A stretch of 63,859 bases of DNA, filler included, from Stramenopiles sp. TOSAG23-3 (Eukaryota), in the NCBI GenBank assembly GCA_900128585.1. It is 14 parts of 14 records of this genome, joined end to end, with 100 filler letters (N's around TTAATTAATTAA, not from the genome) between each part and the next. Parts side by side here need not be neighbours in the genome. Positions count along the whole stretch, not along the records: positions 18,353 to 22,826 come from LT643817.1; positions 22,927 to 27,396 come from LT643818.1; positions 27,497 to 31,962 come from LT643819.1; 11 more parts are not named here. One strand, given 5' to 3'. Positions within the stretch are counted from its first letter, which is position 1, and the number at the start of each line of letters is the position of its first letter. The position numbers and the translations under genes were made by a program. Of this stretch, positions 22,301 through 32,062 are shown piece after piece. The notes beneath the pieces were generated by a model. It saw only the letters and a list, made by a program, of their open reading frames with translations. It searched no databases and was not told the origin of the DNA.

Positions 22301-22495
22301 TCCATAATTGATGCGGAAACGCTAAAACGCGAACGATCACTCGGAAGCCCCACGCAAGTAGACCGCATGGAATCGATTGGTAGTGGTAGTGCCGACGTTG
22401 AAACGCTTCGAAGACACGAGCATAAACTCGAAAAACTCGGGTCCGACCTAGGCGAAATGAAGGAGATGCTGTCAGCATTAGTTCAAAGACAGTGA
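19352..22495 (+). CDS. 6-TM voltage-gated K+ channel of the CNBD (EAG/HCN/CNG-like) superfamily with EF-hands
   Basis: S4 LRVLRLLRLLRLLKLARVLR; pore TISTIGYGD; C-linker and CNBD-like region; EF-hand loops DEDLSGEIDTAE, DEDRSGKVSEEE and DKNGDGELDFFE. First ATG is at 19352 (MGLGSS). Confidence 0.93.
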   Translation: MGLGSSKQKEVAAAPTKINRRQSISKLKTGYKLDPHNLSDDYFKSIFNVRQHPLVTKDHLDVFLNCWEKHCANIGAVFYKDPSQDGKQLLFPGGLRELFHEQLENLHSMLAFGTLRLQYKYKRMYSDQQTLELSKSALARAISQVPIIKILDFSEVGLTENTATQFLLCMEDQLEISGCLSEERVLRALREEKSFKRQLSPPQSGKKYIVSPKPEKVVFEAITSALQDSTQIEIEPLYYLERLIYARGSGATKLSRSASMAIFSKSFKLNTEQKTRDSLVEAPKVNNTEKMDRILKHAMQCGEKLYTCNARLDATRTFQKIDEDLSGEIDTAELAKALEDLGMNVTNDLLQDVMIHVDEDRSGKVSEEEFIAAIVKRSRRRKTEETVKRNLVNIMPIKPHVQSYAIHPHSDFMHYWDLIIVVLLIFTATFTIFEICFLGASGELDTMFWVNRTIDIIFTMDLIMHFFIMIPRPNTDAMISDIKIIARKYAQSWLIVDLLSVIPYDAFALGTDQAVHSDNSAKVENLRVLRLLRLLRLLKLARVLRGFRLIRRWEDLYGVTVKYGIQQIIKFMFIMLIICHWIACLWSFVTIFSVDNQSWVIVNDYSDYSIMELYMVCVYWALQTISTIGYGDVANPTTPLERLIAVFAMIVGSIVWAYLMGVIVSNAVSLNKLEQDHHSRMDSLEVFMDEKQLDFELRRRLRFYFRRRRSLDTMENFQDLLRSMSPSLRGDVALSITSKWLPKVPWLRNGEKNFVTSIALNLKPEIYPPMEMVAGDIFHVISRGIAIKDMQVFCGGMVWGLDMILSNQKLRKMKPAIALTFLETSALSRSDFMHVLERFPREKSKVRRSVIWLAFRRKFTSHAQEIEAMTDQLSRVLRRDVLNGIIDVREVFKKCDKNGDGELDFFEFSDGLRALGFSPSQEVLENLMIRFRGHNCNTRISIADFLEFFAVRHRPKRHNLETLPLLQKRKTLLGMTRSLANQGSIIDAETLKRERSLGSPTQVDRMESIGSGSADVETLRRHEHKLEKLGSDLGEMKEMLSALVQRQ

Positions 22496-22926
22496 TGAAT
22501 AACAGCGTCTTGTTTTCCTTTTTTTTACTTGTTGTTTGTTTCAATACATAAAAAAATCATGTATCCTCTCTATTCTCTGTACACAGAAACTTCATAATGG
22601 ACAATATTGCTTATTATTAATTCTTTTTTTTTCAATGCATGCTGCTGTTGCTACTGTGCCTTGCACGGTTATTATATAGTAGTGGTGGGGTGGAGCGAAA
22701 AAAATTGCATTTTTTTTTACCATTTTTCAACCGATTGTTTTAATGCTGTAGTGTGGTGGTGTTGAGAAAAACCGGAAAGGAACAAAAAACAGAAAAACGA
22801 AGAAAAGAGAGGTGATTCAAGCACATNNNNNNNNNNNNNNNNNNNNNNNNNNNNNNNNNNNNNNNNNNNNTTAATTAATTAANNNNNNNNNNNNNNNNNN
22901 NNNNNNNNNNNNNNNNNNNNNNNNNN

Positions 22927-23038
22927 TCTTCTTCAATTTCCTATTCTCTTCTTCAATTTCCTATTCTCTTCTTCAATTTCCTTTTCTCTTCTTCAATTTC
23001 CTTTTCTCTTCTTCAATTTCCTTTTCTCTTCTTCAATT
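22927..23038. repeat. 20-bp minisatellite, ~5.5 copies, at contig start
   Basis: Unit CTTCAATTTCCT(A/T)TTCTCTT; two A-variant copies followed by three T-variant copies. Confidence 0.95.
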
Positions 23039-24179
23039 GGCAGAGAGATTTATTCATTTATTATAATACTGTACGAGGGGAGTACAAGCAGAAAATAAAT
23101 ATTTTTATAAATAAATAGAAATAGCTTCAGTGCGTGTTCAACTTTGAGTTAAAATTGTACACGTAACGTACGTGGCACACCACAACACCACACACACAAC
23201 ACAACAAAATAGCCAAATTTCGACTAAAAAAGAAAGAAGAGGTATGTTAGGTTATCTTTCATTCACAACTCACAACAAGGCCAATCTCCTATTGTAATTT
23301 ATACCTTCGTAAACATACCTCTTCTTTGAAAGAAATTTAATATAATAATTAATATCAGCACAGCATCACATAACTAAGAGAAAATGAGGAAGAGAATTGT
23401 TCTTTCTTTCATTCAATAATAATATCATCAGTGTATGTACATTCATTATATAGCCTTTACATTAAATAATAATTTAATAGAAATAGAAGGAAAGAAGTAA
23501 TTCTTTCTTTTCCATTTAATACCTTCTACTGTGTCCTTGTATAATATACAACCAACTAAAAAAAGAAAAAGAGGAAGTTGTGTTCCTTTTATTTTATTCA
23601 ATATTCTAATATATCGTACGCGTACTGTGTGTATGCTAATCGTTCCAATTTATTAAAAAAAAGTAAAAATAATAATAATCGTCATCCCTTCTTCTTCTTC
23701 CTTTTCTTCCTTCGAGACTATCCGCACGCACTTGTATTTCATCCTATGTACCTGTTATAAAAAATGTAATAATCAAGAAGAAGAAGAAAGAAGAAACGAA
23801 AAAATAAAGAGAACAAACAACAACGAAAAAAATGAGATGAACTTTTTTTTTCTTATTTTTACATCAATAAGTTCATTTACTTTCTATGGTGTGTCCTTAT
23901 TAATTATACCGTAATCTAAACATCTTCTTTCTTCGTTCAACCATCGTCTTCGTACTCGTGAACACAAATAAATATGTACACTTTCGTGCGTGAAAGCAAT
24001 GAAAGAAGAAAAAGAAAAGAGAGACAACAGCCAAGTAAAAATTATATACACATGCAATAATAAACGTAGATATTTCAACCATTCTTTGTAAACAGAATAC
24101 CTACCTTGAGAATATTCCTGCCAGTCAACTTGACTATACCTGAAACGACCAGCACACACTCAACACACGCGCGCAGACA

Positions 24180-25406
24180 ATGTCGGCTGTGGCCGCTTCT
24201 TCGAAGGCTGACCTTCCTCGGGGAGCAGGCAATGGCAGCGGCGGCAGCACGAACGCCCAGGAAAGCGTTGAGTCATACAACAAACTGCTCCGTGCCTCGA
24301 CGGGGTCCAGGGTGATTTTGTCCAGGGCCCAACGCCTGAAGATGAAGGAACACTATGAACGACTCCAAGCCGAAAGGCGGCGAGAAACGAAGGAAGCCTC
24401 GGAACCCAAGAAGAGTTTGCCTCCTCCGCCGTCGCCCCTTATACGTCCCAGTCACTATCCACCTTTGTACAGACCCCCATCCAGCAGCACCAACTGGAAG
24501 GCGCAAAACAATTCTCCCTACCGCAGTCCTGGGAGGAAACCTATGGCGCAAGCTCCGACCCCGAGCAGGCCAGGCAAAAGGACTCGCACGGGTCTGTCGC
24601 CCGCCCTTCGAGCCATGGAGGTCTCCAGCCCTAATGTTAGGCAGACACGGGCGCGTTACGGCAAGCACCTCCCGACGACTCGGCCGCTACCGTTCAGTAT
24701 ATCCTCCACGAGTCCGCTTAAAAGCCCCCGAGCGCATGCTGACAGTAGTCCGCCTCCACTCTCGCTCGGAGGCGCCCCGGCCACACCCACGCAACTTACA
24801 CGCCGTACCAGCATTGACAGCATCACCAGCATCGGTAGCCTGAACAGCCCCCGGGTTATCCAGGGCGGTTCGATCTTTGACGAGGAGCAGCAGTCTTTTC
24901 TATCGAATGGAATTATCGGTCCCTCGGATGATGCGCCCAATCCGTACATGGAGGATGAAGATTTAGGCGATAGCTCCATCATGCCGTTGGGGATGGTAGA
25001 CGAGGCTGACCCCAGCGTGCTGGACGACAACAGCGTTGCAGAGCAGGCCATTCAATCGATTATCGATGACTCGAACAGAAGAGGGAACAATGCAGAGGAC
25101 GGCGAGGAAAACGATCGGGGCAATAGCAAGGAAATGCGTTGGAGTTTCCGGGATGCATCATTCTCTTTCGATGGGGAAGGAAGCCTTGGAGTTGAGCCGC
25201 AACTGCAAGAGCAGGACGATGTGTGCGAGGGAAAAGAGCCTGTCCCATTTCTTTTTCGCCGGACTAGTGTTGAAAGTCTGAAGCTTGATGACGATGAAGA
25301 AGAAGGTGAGGACAGTTCCTTTTCTGTTTCCCCAATGGTAAAATCCAGTTCGTCGGCACTGTTTCGGGCGATGTCAGATTCGGAATTTGGGGACTTCAAT
25401 TTATAA
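24180..25406 (+). CDS. Hypothetical intrinsically disordered protein, 408 aa
   Basis: ATG ORF coinciding with the GC-rich block; basic Pro/Ser-rich N-half with many SP/TP sites and an acidic C-half. Confidence 0.75.
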   Translation: MSAVAASSKADLPRGAGNGSGGSTNAQESVESYNKLLRASTGSRVILSRAQRLKMKEHYERLQAERRRETKEASEPKKSLPPPPSPLIRPSHYPPLYRPPSSSTNWKAQNNSPYRSPGRKPMAQAPTPSRPGKRTRTGLSPALRAMEVSSPNVRQTRARYGKHLPTTRPLPFSISSTSPLKSPRAHADSSPPPLSLGGAPATPTQLTRRTSIDSITSIGSLNSPRVIQGGSIFDEEQQSFLSNGIIGPSDDAPNPYMEDEDLGDSSIMPLGMVDEADPSVLDDNSVAEQAIQSIIDDSNRRGNNAEDGEENDRGNSKEMRWSFRDASFSFDGEGSLGVEPQLQEQDDVCEGKEPVPFLFRRTSVESLKLDDDEEEGEDSSFSVSPMVKSSSSALFRAMSDSEFGDFNL

Positions 25407-25889
25407 GATCAGTGCGTGGTCAAAGCGAGGTAAGACCCGCCTTCACTCCTCTTTTCGTAGTGTCGGTCGGCATAGACGTATTGCTACCCGTGTATAGCAG
25501 ACTGCCAGGGCACATCCATTTATATATAAGCAAATATTTTTACAAGATACTAAAAGAGGGAGTGATCAAGTTGCGCAACGAGAGGAGGAGCGAGCATGCG
25601 CCTTCAACGTAGACACTGGTAGAGCACAGAGCATTTTGTGTTTCCACATTTATCGTATACATTAAAAGAGTCAAATTAAATAAAAAGGTGAGAGGTTATT
25701 TTTTATTCTTATTGATAAGAGAGAATTACTTAAATATCGAGGAGCAAAAGATCGCGAGAGAGATGGAGACAGACCTGACACTGAACCAGCGGCGTGGGCC
25801 GCCATCAGTCCGTGTTGAAAAAGTAGATGTTAGTACACAACTAGATATATAAACTTAAGTTTGTACAGAGGATGGCTCGCGCTCGAGGC

Positions 25890-27077
25890 TCAAGTGTAGT
25901 ACATAAACGGGCGCACCGTGCGCAGTCTTCTCCTCCGCTGGCCACTCACGACGAGAGTTACAAAGCGCTGCGTTGTCTCGTACGTCATGTACATAAACGC
26001 AGCATTTAACACGGTCTGCCACAGTTTAGCACCCATACCAACAAAAAGCCCCTGAAACCCTTCTTCCCTTAAGATTTTCATAAAAATGGTCCACAGAGAT
26101 GCAGACGGCGACCTTAGGTCGTTCGCATGACGGATAAATACCTCTTTAACAGGAGTGTTCGGCCTTACTTTCTTATTTTCCTCTACTTTACCGTACTGCA
26201 GCTGGGCCTGAACGATCTGCAAGGGGTAAGTCGCGACGGTTGCGGCAGCTTTTGCAAACGCCGCGATAGTAAATATTTCCATTGGGGTACAGTCTCGTTG
26301 CCTTACCCCACTCCGTTCAACGTATGCCAGCAGCTTCTCATACGTCACCGTCTGTATGGCTGGGTTTGAAACTAAAAACAAGGATGGGATCAACCCAGCC
26401 CAAAGCGCCTTTACGCCTTCGTGTCGGTACACCTGGGATAAGCACTGGAACAAACCATCGTAATTTCGATCCCCTTTCTGCAAAGCTTCTTCTCCCTTTT
26501 CCCGACGAGGCAAAGTTTTAGTGCTATCCAACATGCTCCCATCACCACTGTCAATGCAGGCAATATCTGTACCGACCTTACCCCCTACGTCTTGCGGATT
26601 GCGGCTAATTGCTGCTAACGCTTTCGGCGCTTTCATTTGCAAGGACAAGCGAGTGGTGGCAACCCACAGCGGAGTGGTGAAAATGACGTTGATTGCCCCC
26701 GACACCGCGGCAATTAAGATATGGTAGAACGGCGGAACGTACGTTTTGTCCAACCCGCCGTTTCTTCTCTGGTATGCTCGCTGCAACGCGCTATTTAAGT
26801 AAAAATACAAAAATGAACTGGCTCCGACAGTAAACGTGCTTGCCTGCCAACCTTGGAAAAGGGCGGGAAGCCCCCTGTCCCTAATAATTGAGGACAACGC
26901 TGAAAAAGTACCCCCACCTGTTATATCCTGATCCGCTTTGCATTGCAATTTTAAACGGACTGTATTGAGCGGGTAAAACAGCGTGCCTGAAACAATGCTC
27001 CCTAAGACGGCGGACAATGCACGAATGAGGGATACTTCCGAGAAAATCGATGGTGCCCCCGAACGTTTCGACGCCAT
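25890..27077 (-). CDS. SLC25A17: Peroxisomal CoA/FAD/NAD carrier PMP34-like (mitochondrial carrier family)
   Basis: Three carrier repeats (YPLNTVRLKLQ, TTPLWVATTRL, TYPLQIVQAQ), plus PSLFLVSNPAIQ and AKLWQTVLNAAFMY as in PMP34. First ATG is at 27077. Confidence 0.85.
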   Translation of the reverse strand: MASKRSGAPSIFSEVSLIRALSAVLGSIVSGTLFYPLNTVRLKLQCKADQDITGGGTFSALSSIIRDRGLPALFQGWQASTFTVGASSFLYFYLNSALQRAYQRRNGGLDKTYVPPFYHILIAAVSGAINVIFTTPLWVATTRLSLQMKAPKALAAISRNPQDVGGKVGTDIACIDSGDGSMLDSTKTLPRREKGEEALQKGDRNYDGLFQCLSQVYRHEGVKALWAGLIPSLFLVSNPAIQTVTYEKLLAYVERSGVRQRDCTPMEIFTIAAFAKAAATVATYPLQIVQAQLQYGKVEENKKVRPNTPVKEVFIRHANDLRSPSASLWTIFMKILREEGFQGLFVGMGAKLWQTVLNAAFMYMTYETTQRFVTLVVSGQRRRRLRTVRPFMYYT

Positions 27078-27497
27078 GGTATCTTCCAATACACGAACTA
27101 TGCGCGAACCAGCCTACGCTCGGTGTCTATCCAACCCGCCCGCACACCCAGACCGACGCGAAGCTTCCTCTACGCGCGCGCACGTAAGATTGGTTAAAGG
27201 CTAAAGTAGTATGAATAAATCTGGTCGACTTGTGGATGACTAAATCTTACCCTACTATTGATGCATCGCTATCGTTGTTTTAATCTTGTTCCCGTGTGTT
27301 ACTGTGGTAAATGAACAATAAATTCTGTCAATGGTAGAATAACTATTCAAAATCGTATTATCTATTCAACATTCGGTGGAGGGCATTCTTCCTTTTNNNN
27401 NNNNNNNNNNNNNNNNNNNNNNNNNNNNNNNNNNNNNNNNTTAATTAATTAANNNNNNNNNNNNNNNNNNNNNNNNNNNNNNNNNNNNNNNNNNNNA

Positions 27498-30186
27498 TTT
27501 GACCCATTTGTGGAGCGAGACAAGCCTCAGGCACAGAAGTTTCCCGCCTCTCGGGACGATATCCTTTTGCTGACCAAGTCGTACGATTCGATGCTAGTGA
27601 GGTGGGCAAACCAGCTTCCAAAACCGCCAGAAAATATGATCCGTGAGTCCCTGAAGACGGCAAGTGTGCAAAAATTTTTGGAAGTTCTTCAGCCTGAGTT
27701 AAAGATGTCTATGGTCGTGGAGAAAGAACTAATTAAGCAGATATGCGTTGTATGCAGCGAACGGGGGAATTTAGGAGCACGATTGTTTCGTCGCTACCGC
27801 CGGTACGTGAAAGGGTTGTGTACACTAGCAAAGAATATACAAATGGAACGGGCACGGGTTCAAGAGTTCATTCCTCAAGTACGAGAAAATAGAAAAATTT
27901 TGATACATGCCATCGATGCCTTGGAAGTTCAAGCTCGCAAAGCGATAGAGACAGACGAATTGCTCGACTGGTCGGGATTTGAGAACCAGTGCAAGATATT
28001 AGCACAAAATGGAGGCAATGTGGAATTGCCTACCTTAAGACGTTTAGAAAAATGCGTTGTTGAACTGCAGACTGGAAGGTCGCGCTTGAAAAACTTACAC
28101 CAACAAGAGAAAGAAAAGTTACTAAAGTTGGAGAGCATCATTGATAACGAACGAATCAATTCTCAAGAGAAAGCGAAGCTTATGCATAAAAAGTTAGCAG
28201 CGCTAGAGCATCAGGACGGAGTTACCTCTTCCATACGTGAAAATAGAATTAAAATGGCAGTGCAAGATGCATTCCACAGGGCAAATGCAGTAGCCGCGAA
28301 CACTATCGAACGTCTTGAGGCCGACAAGGCACGTTTGCACATGGCGGTGCTGACCGCTCGAAAGCAGATGGCCCAGTACAAGTTTGAAAACGATAAGGAG
28401 ACTTGGGACTTTACTGCCCAATGTACCCCGGAGACAATGAGCTCCGACATTGCGGAGGCAAAAGAAAAAGCGAAACAAAAAGGAGGGAAAAAGGGTAAGG
28501 GGGGGAAAGGGGGAAAGGGGGGAAAGGGTGCTGCTGCTGCAGGGAAAAAGACTGGGGCGGGCAAGAAGAAATCCTCTGGAAAGAAGCAAGCTTCTGGTAA
28601 TGCTGACAAAATAAAAGTTTTGAGTGAAAAAGTGGAAACTCAGTCGAAACGCATAATCGAATTGGAAGCATCCCAAGAAGAAAAGGACGCCACGATCAAG
28701 CTGTTGGAAGAGAGGATAAAAATGTTGGAGTCAAATCCTAGAGGCGGCGGAGTCGCTTCTTCTCCCATGGGAATGGGGATGCCACAGAACGTGGATTTCA
28801 ACAGCAACCCCCCCCCCCCCTGCTGGTGCCATGATGCAACGGGAATCTCGGCCGTCCACCCCAACAACGATGGAAGACGCGGAGACGCAGTACGACGAGG
28901 AAGACTTAAAGGCCGCCGCCCAAGTGTCAAACAAACCTAAAGCAAGTGGTAAGAAACGCCGCCCCAGGCGAAAGAAGGGAGCAACAGCAGGAAAGTCCGC
29001 CGACCTTGCTGCAATGCCGCCAGACCCGGAAGCAGATGTGCGATGGGCTTGTCGTTGGTTTTCTTTTTTTCTTAGTAAATCTTGTGCCCCACCTCCAACG
29101 GGGATTTTGCAAAGGGAACCGTTTCTAAAGTTTTGCCGGCGTGTTCTGGTAACCACGTTTAACAGCCAAGGCTTCAGCGATTTGATGCTAGGACATATTT
29201 CTTTAATACTGCGGGAGCACCAAGGCAACAGCCGGCGGCTGGCACATTTTGGTTTACTGCTGGGGACTAAAGCGTTCCCCCGTGTCGATGATGGCAGTGT
29301 TGACCTCGGGGAAGATACCATGCAGCTTGAGTGGTGCTGCGTGGCGGTCTCCCTTTGCAACATGTTGAGTTCGGACCCTTCTAAGCCGATGCTGCCCAGC
29401 GAAGAAGATAGTGCCGTTCCCATAGGGCACGCTTTAATGGTAGTGCCGACACTGATGAAAAGAATGCAGATATCACCGACTGGTATTGCCGCCGTGAAGA
29501 AGATACTGTCAGAAGAGGCGAAAGAGTCGATGCACGACACTGTCATGTACAACTCAATTTTGGACGCCGTGAAAGACGAGTGGCTGTCGCAATTTGGACG
29601 ACGCAGCATGCAAAGCAGTGCTCGATATAGCATGGCAACCAAGGAGGTCAATATGTTTGACGCTCTTGAGGCAGTTAAGCTTATCAGTCGACAGGAGAAG
29701 CTGTCGAACGCTGACGCTGTTGGGACCTACATGGGGGCGCTGGAACTTATGCGCAAATCGGCAGTCATTACTGCGGTCAAATCGAACGTTACAAGGAGTC
29801 CGAATGTAGACGAGCGGCAGTTTATAGGCTCCATACTCAGAGCCCGGTGGCTGCTTACAACGGCCGAGCCCCGTTGGCTGCAAATTCCCGAAGAGGCGCA
29901 AAAAACAGACGAGCAAGACCTGTTTCTGATCAATGAATCGTGGCTAACCATGAAGCGAAGGATGACGGACATACTTAATAAATGCGAAAACCAAGGCACG
30001 CTCCGGAAATTAGCGGTAAGAATGAGGATTGAGTTGGCAGATGCCATGCAAAGCATCGATGATCCGGACGAAGACGAAATTGTTGACGAAAGCATGCAGG
30101 CTGAAGACAGACAGCGCATGTGGACATTGCTCAGCACAATCGGTGCCACCACTGTAAACCAAGACGATTCTAGGAAGAAAAAGTAA
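27498..30186 (+). CDS. Axonemal dynein light chain (p28-like) domain coiled-coil protein; one gene split by a frameshift at a C13 run (5' truncated)
   Basis: PASRDDILLL and ELIKQICVVCSERGNLGARL resemble the p28/DNALI1 domain motif ELIRQVTINCAERGLLL. ORFs 27510-28940 and 28831-30186 fuse in frame if the 13 Cs at 28808-28820 are 12 or 15. Confidence 0.7.
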
Positions 30187-30321
30187 GATCAGCCGAGAGT
30201 GGCAACCAGCGGCCGCGTTTGAACAAGGAAAAAAAATTACTGTTCGTGTTACTTAAATGAAATTGAATGTATGGCCTATATATGTTGGAAAAAGTTTTAA
30301 ATTTTAAAAGTATTTTTTTTT

Positions 30322-30540
30322 ATGAAAATCAAAAAGGGGATTGCCAGTTTATATTGCGAAGAAACAAAAGCCGCCTACGAACTTGTCGGTATAAACTGTC
30401 CTAAATGCAAAAAAACTCTCTACAAAATTGAAGTCGTCTATCTTCACTGGATCGATCCACTGAAAAACAAAAATCTTCACTCTTCAACTGACATGATACG
30501 GGCGCTGAAAGAATCGCCTTCGATAGTGTCTATTGATTAG
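30322..30540 (+). CDS. Possible small protein, 72 aa, with a CPKC motif
   Basis: ATG ORF covering a locally GC-richer patch between two genes; no homology recognised. Confidence 0.25.
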   Translation: MKIKKGIASLYCEETKAAYELVGINCPKCKKTLYKIEVVYLHWIDPLKNKNLHSSTDMIRALKESPSIVSID

Positions 30541-30576
30541 CTCTATGTACTAAATTTTACTGAAGACCCGCAACGT

Positions 30577-31188
30577 TTATCCTTGAAAAATCATGCTCGT
30601 TGGACTCATTGAAAACATACTTTCGTGATGGGAAACACGAAACAGTGGATTTTTTTTCGATTTATGGTGAATTGGAGTACTACAGGAAGAAGCTTTTTTT
30701 CGGCCAAAAATTACGTTCTCTGGTGCTTGCGAAAAATAGGAGAATTCCATCTTTCCAAATAATGGTATGAATGTTTCGGATGGTCGGCCTGCCTTCATTT
30801 TGTCCGTTTCCTCGTGGTCAGCAGCAGAGCTTCTTGTCTCTTGGGTGTTGTTGGATTTGTCCCTGTTGCTGCTTTGGGTGTTTTCGCTATGTTTGGATGA
30901 AAAGGCGGCCCTATGCGGCGCTCGCGAACGGCGAAATTTGCTCTTGCTGACAACGCTTCGGTTTTTACCACTTCTTGAGCGACGGTGCACCTTGGTGCTG
31001 AAACGGCTAGAAGTATCTACATTTGAGAATCTTGGAGCGTTTTCATCGTCATTACCTTTAATATTCTCCGACTTGTGCCCAGAGTTGCTCCTCCCCCGAA
31101 ACACGCGGCGCTTACTTTTCCCATGGCGCGCCGAGCTCCGATTGGCGCTGTTACGCTGGGAAGATGAATTTCCAAGAACGGTAACCAT
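30577..31188 (-). CDS. Hypothetical basic Ser/Arg-rich disordered protein, 203 aa
   Basis: ATG ORF matching a GC-richer block; low complexity. Confidence 0.65.
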   Translation of the reverse strand: MVTVLGNSSSQRNSANRSSARHGKSKRRVFRGRSNSGHKSENIKGNDDENAPRFSNVDTSSRFSTKVHRRSRSGKNRSVVSKSKFRRSRAPHRAAFSSKHSENTQSSNRDKSNNTQETRSSAADHEETDKMKAGRPSETFIPLFGKMEFSYFSQAPENVIFGRKKASSCSTPIHHKSKKNPLFRVSHHESMFSMSPTSMIFQG

Positions 31189-31844
31189 TGCTAATATTTA
31201 GTATTTTTGATAGTCTGTCGCGTAAACTTTGATAATTTAATTACGAACACAAAAGGACTCTACAATCTTTTACTCTACAATCTTTTACGAACAAAACAAA
31301 AAAGAATACTTTCCTCTCGTTTGCACAACATGTAACACCCAACACCCAACTGAAACAAGAAGAATATGATCGTTTTCTTTTCTTTTCTTACCCTACTACA
31401 GGTATGTAATCATCATAAGATACGATACGACGAGAAGAAGAAGAAGACAAAATTTTTTTTTGCGACGAATCCGAAGGTATTTAATAACGCAATAATACAT
31501 AAAACATACTACAATCATTTAAATAAATATAATATTATTTAGGTATTTTAACATTACTGTATAAAAGTATTAAGATTGTAAAATAACGTATTATGAAGTT
31601 GAAAAAATGCGTTTTATTTATTTCTATGCTGTTCCAATGTTAAAAAATATCTCTGTGCCACGGTTTCATTCATCCTGTAAATATCTCCTGCTGTTTGCTT
31701 TATAATTTAAGTATATATTATCATATTTAATCTATTCACTAATGTTTTTTTAAAACAAATTATATATATTTACTATAATTCAATGATTAATATGTTACGA
31801 TGAATTAAAATATACCTTCCTTAAATTATTGAAGAGAGTACTTC

Positions 31845-31962
31845 TTTTTTACTTCTTTTCTTCTCTTTTCTTCTCTTTTCTTCTCTTCTCTTTTCTTTTC
31901 TTTTCTTTTCTTCTCTTCTCTTCTCTTCTCTTCTCTTCTCTTCTCTTCTCTTCTCTTCTCTT
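31845..31962. repeat. (TTCTC/TTTTC)n pyrimidine microsatellite at contig end
   Basis: Direct reading. Confidence 0.95.
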
Positions 31963-32062
31963 NNNNNNNNNNNNNNNNNNNNNNNNNNNNNNNNNNNNNN
32001 NNNNNNTTAATTAATTAANNNNNNNNNNNNNNNNNNNNNNNNNNNNNNNNNNNNNNNNNNNN

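Noticed and set aside
22927-23038. 20-bp repeat as a CRISPR array or coding repeat
   Set aside because: Head-to-tail with no spacers, and the unit length is not a multiple of three.
25412-25830. 66-aa GTG ORF and a small GC hairpin near 25781-25808 as a gene, SECIS or ncRNA
   Set aside because: No ATG start, no recognisable SECIS core, and no in-frame TGA readthrough candidate in the flanking genes.
31257-31286. 15-bp tandem duplication ACTCTACAATCTTTT upstream of the 203-aa gene
   Set aside because: An ordinary slippage duplication in non-coding DNA with no visible consequence.
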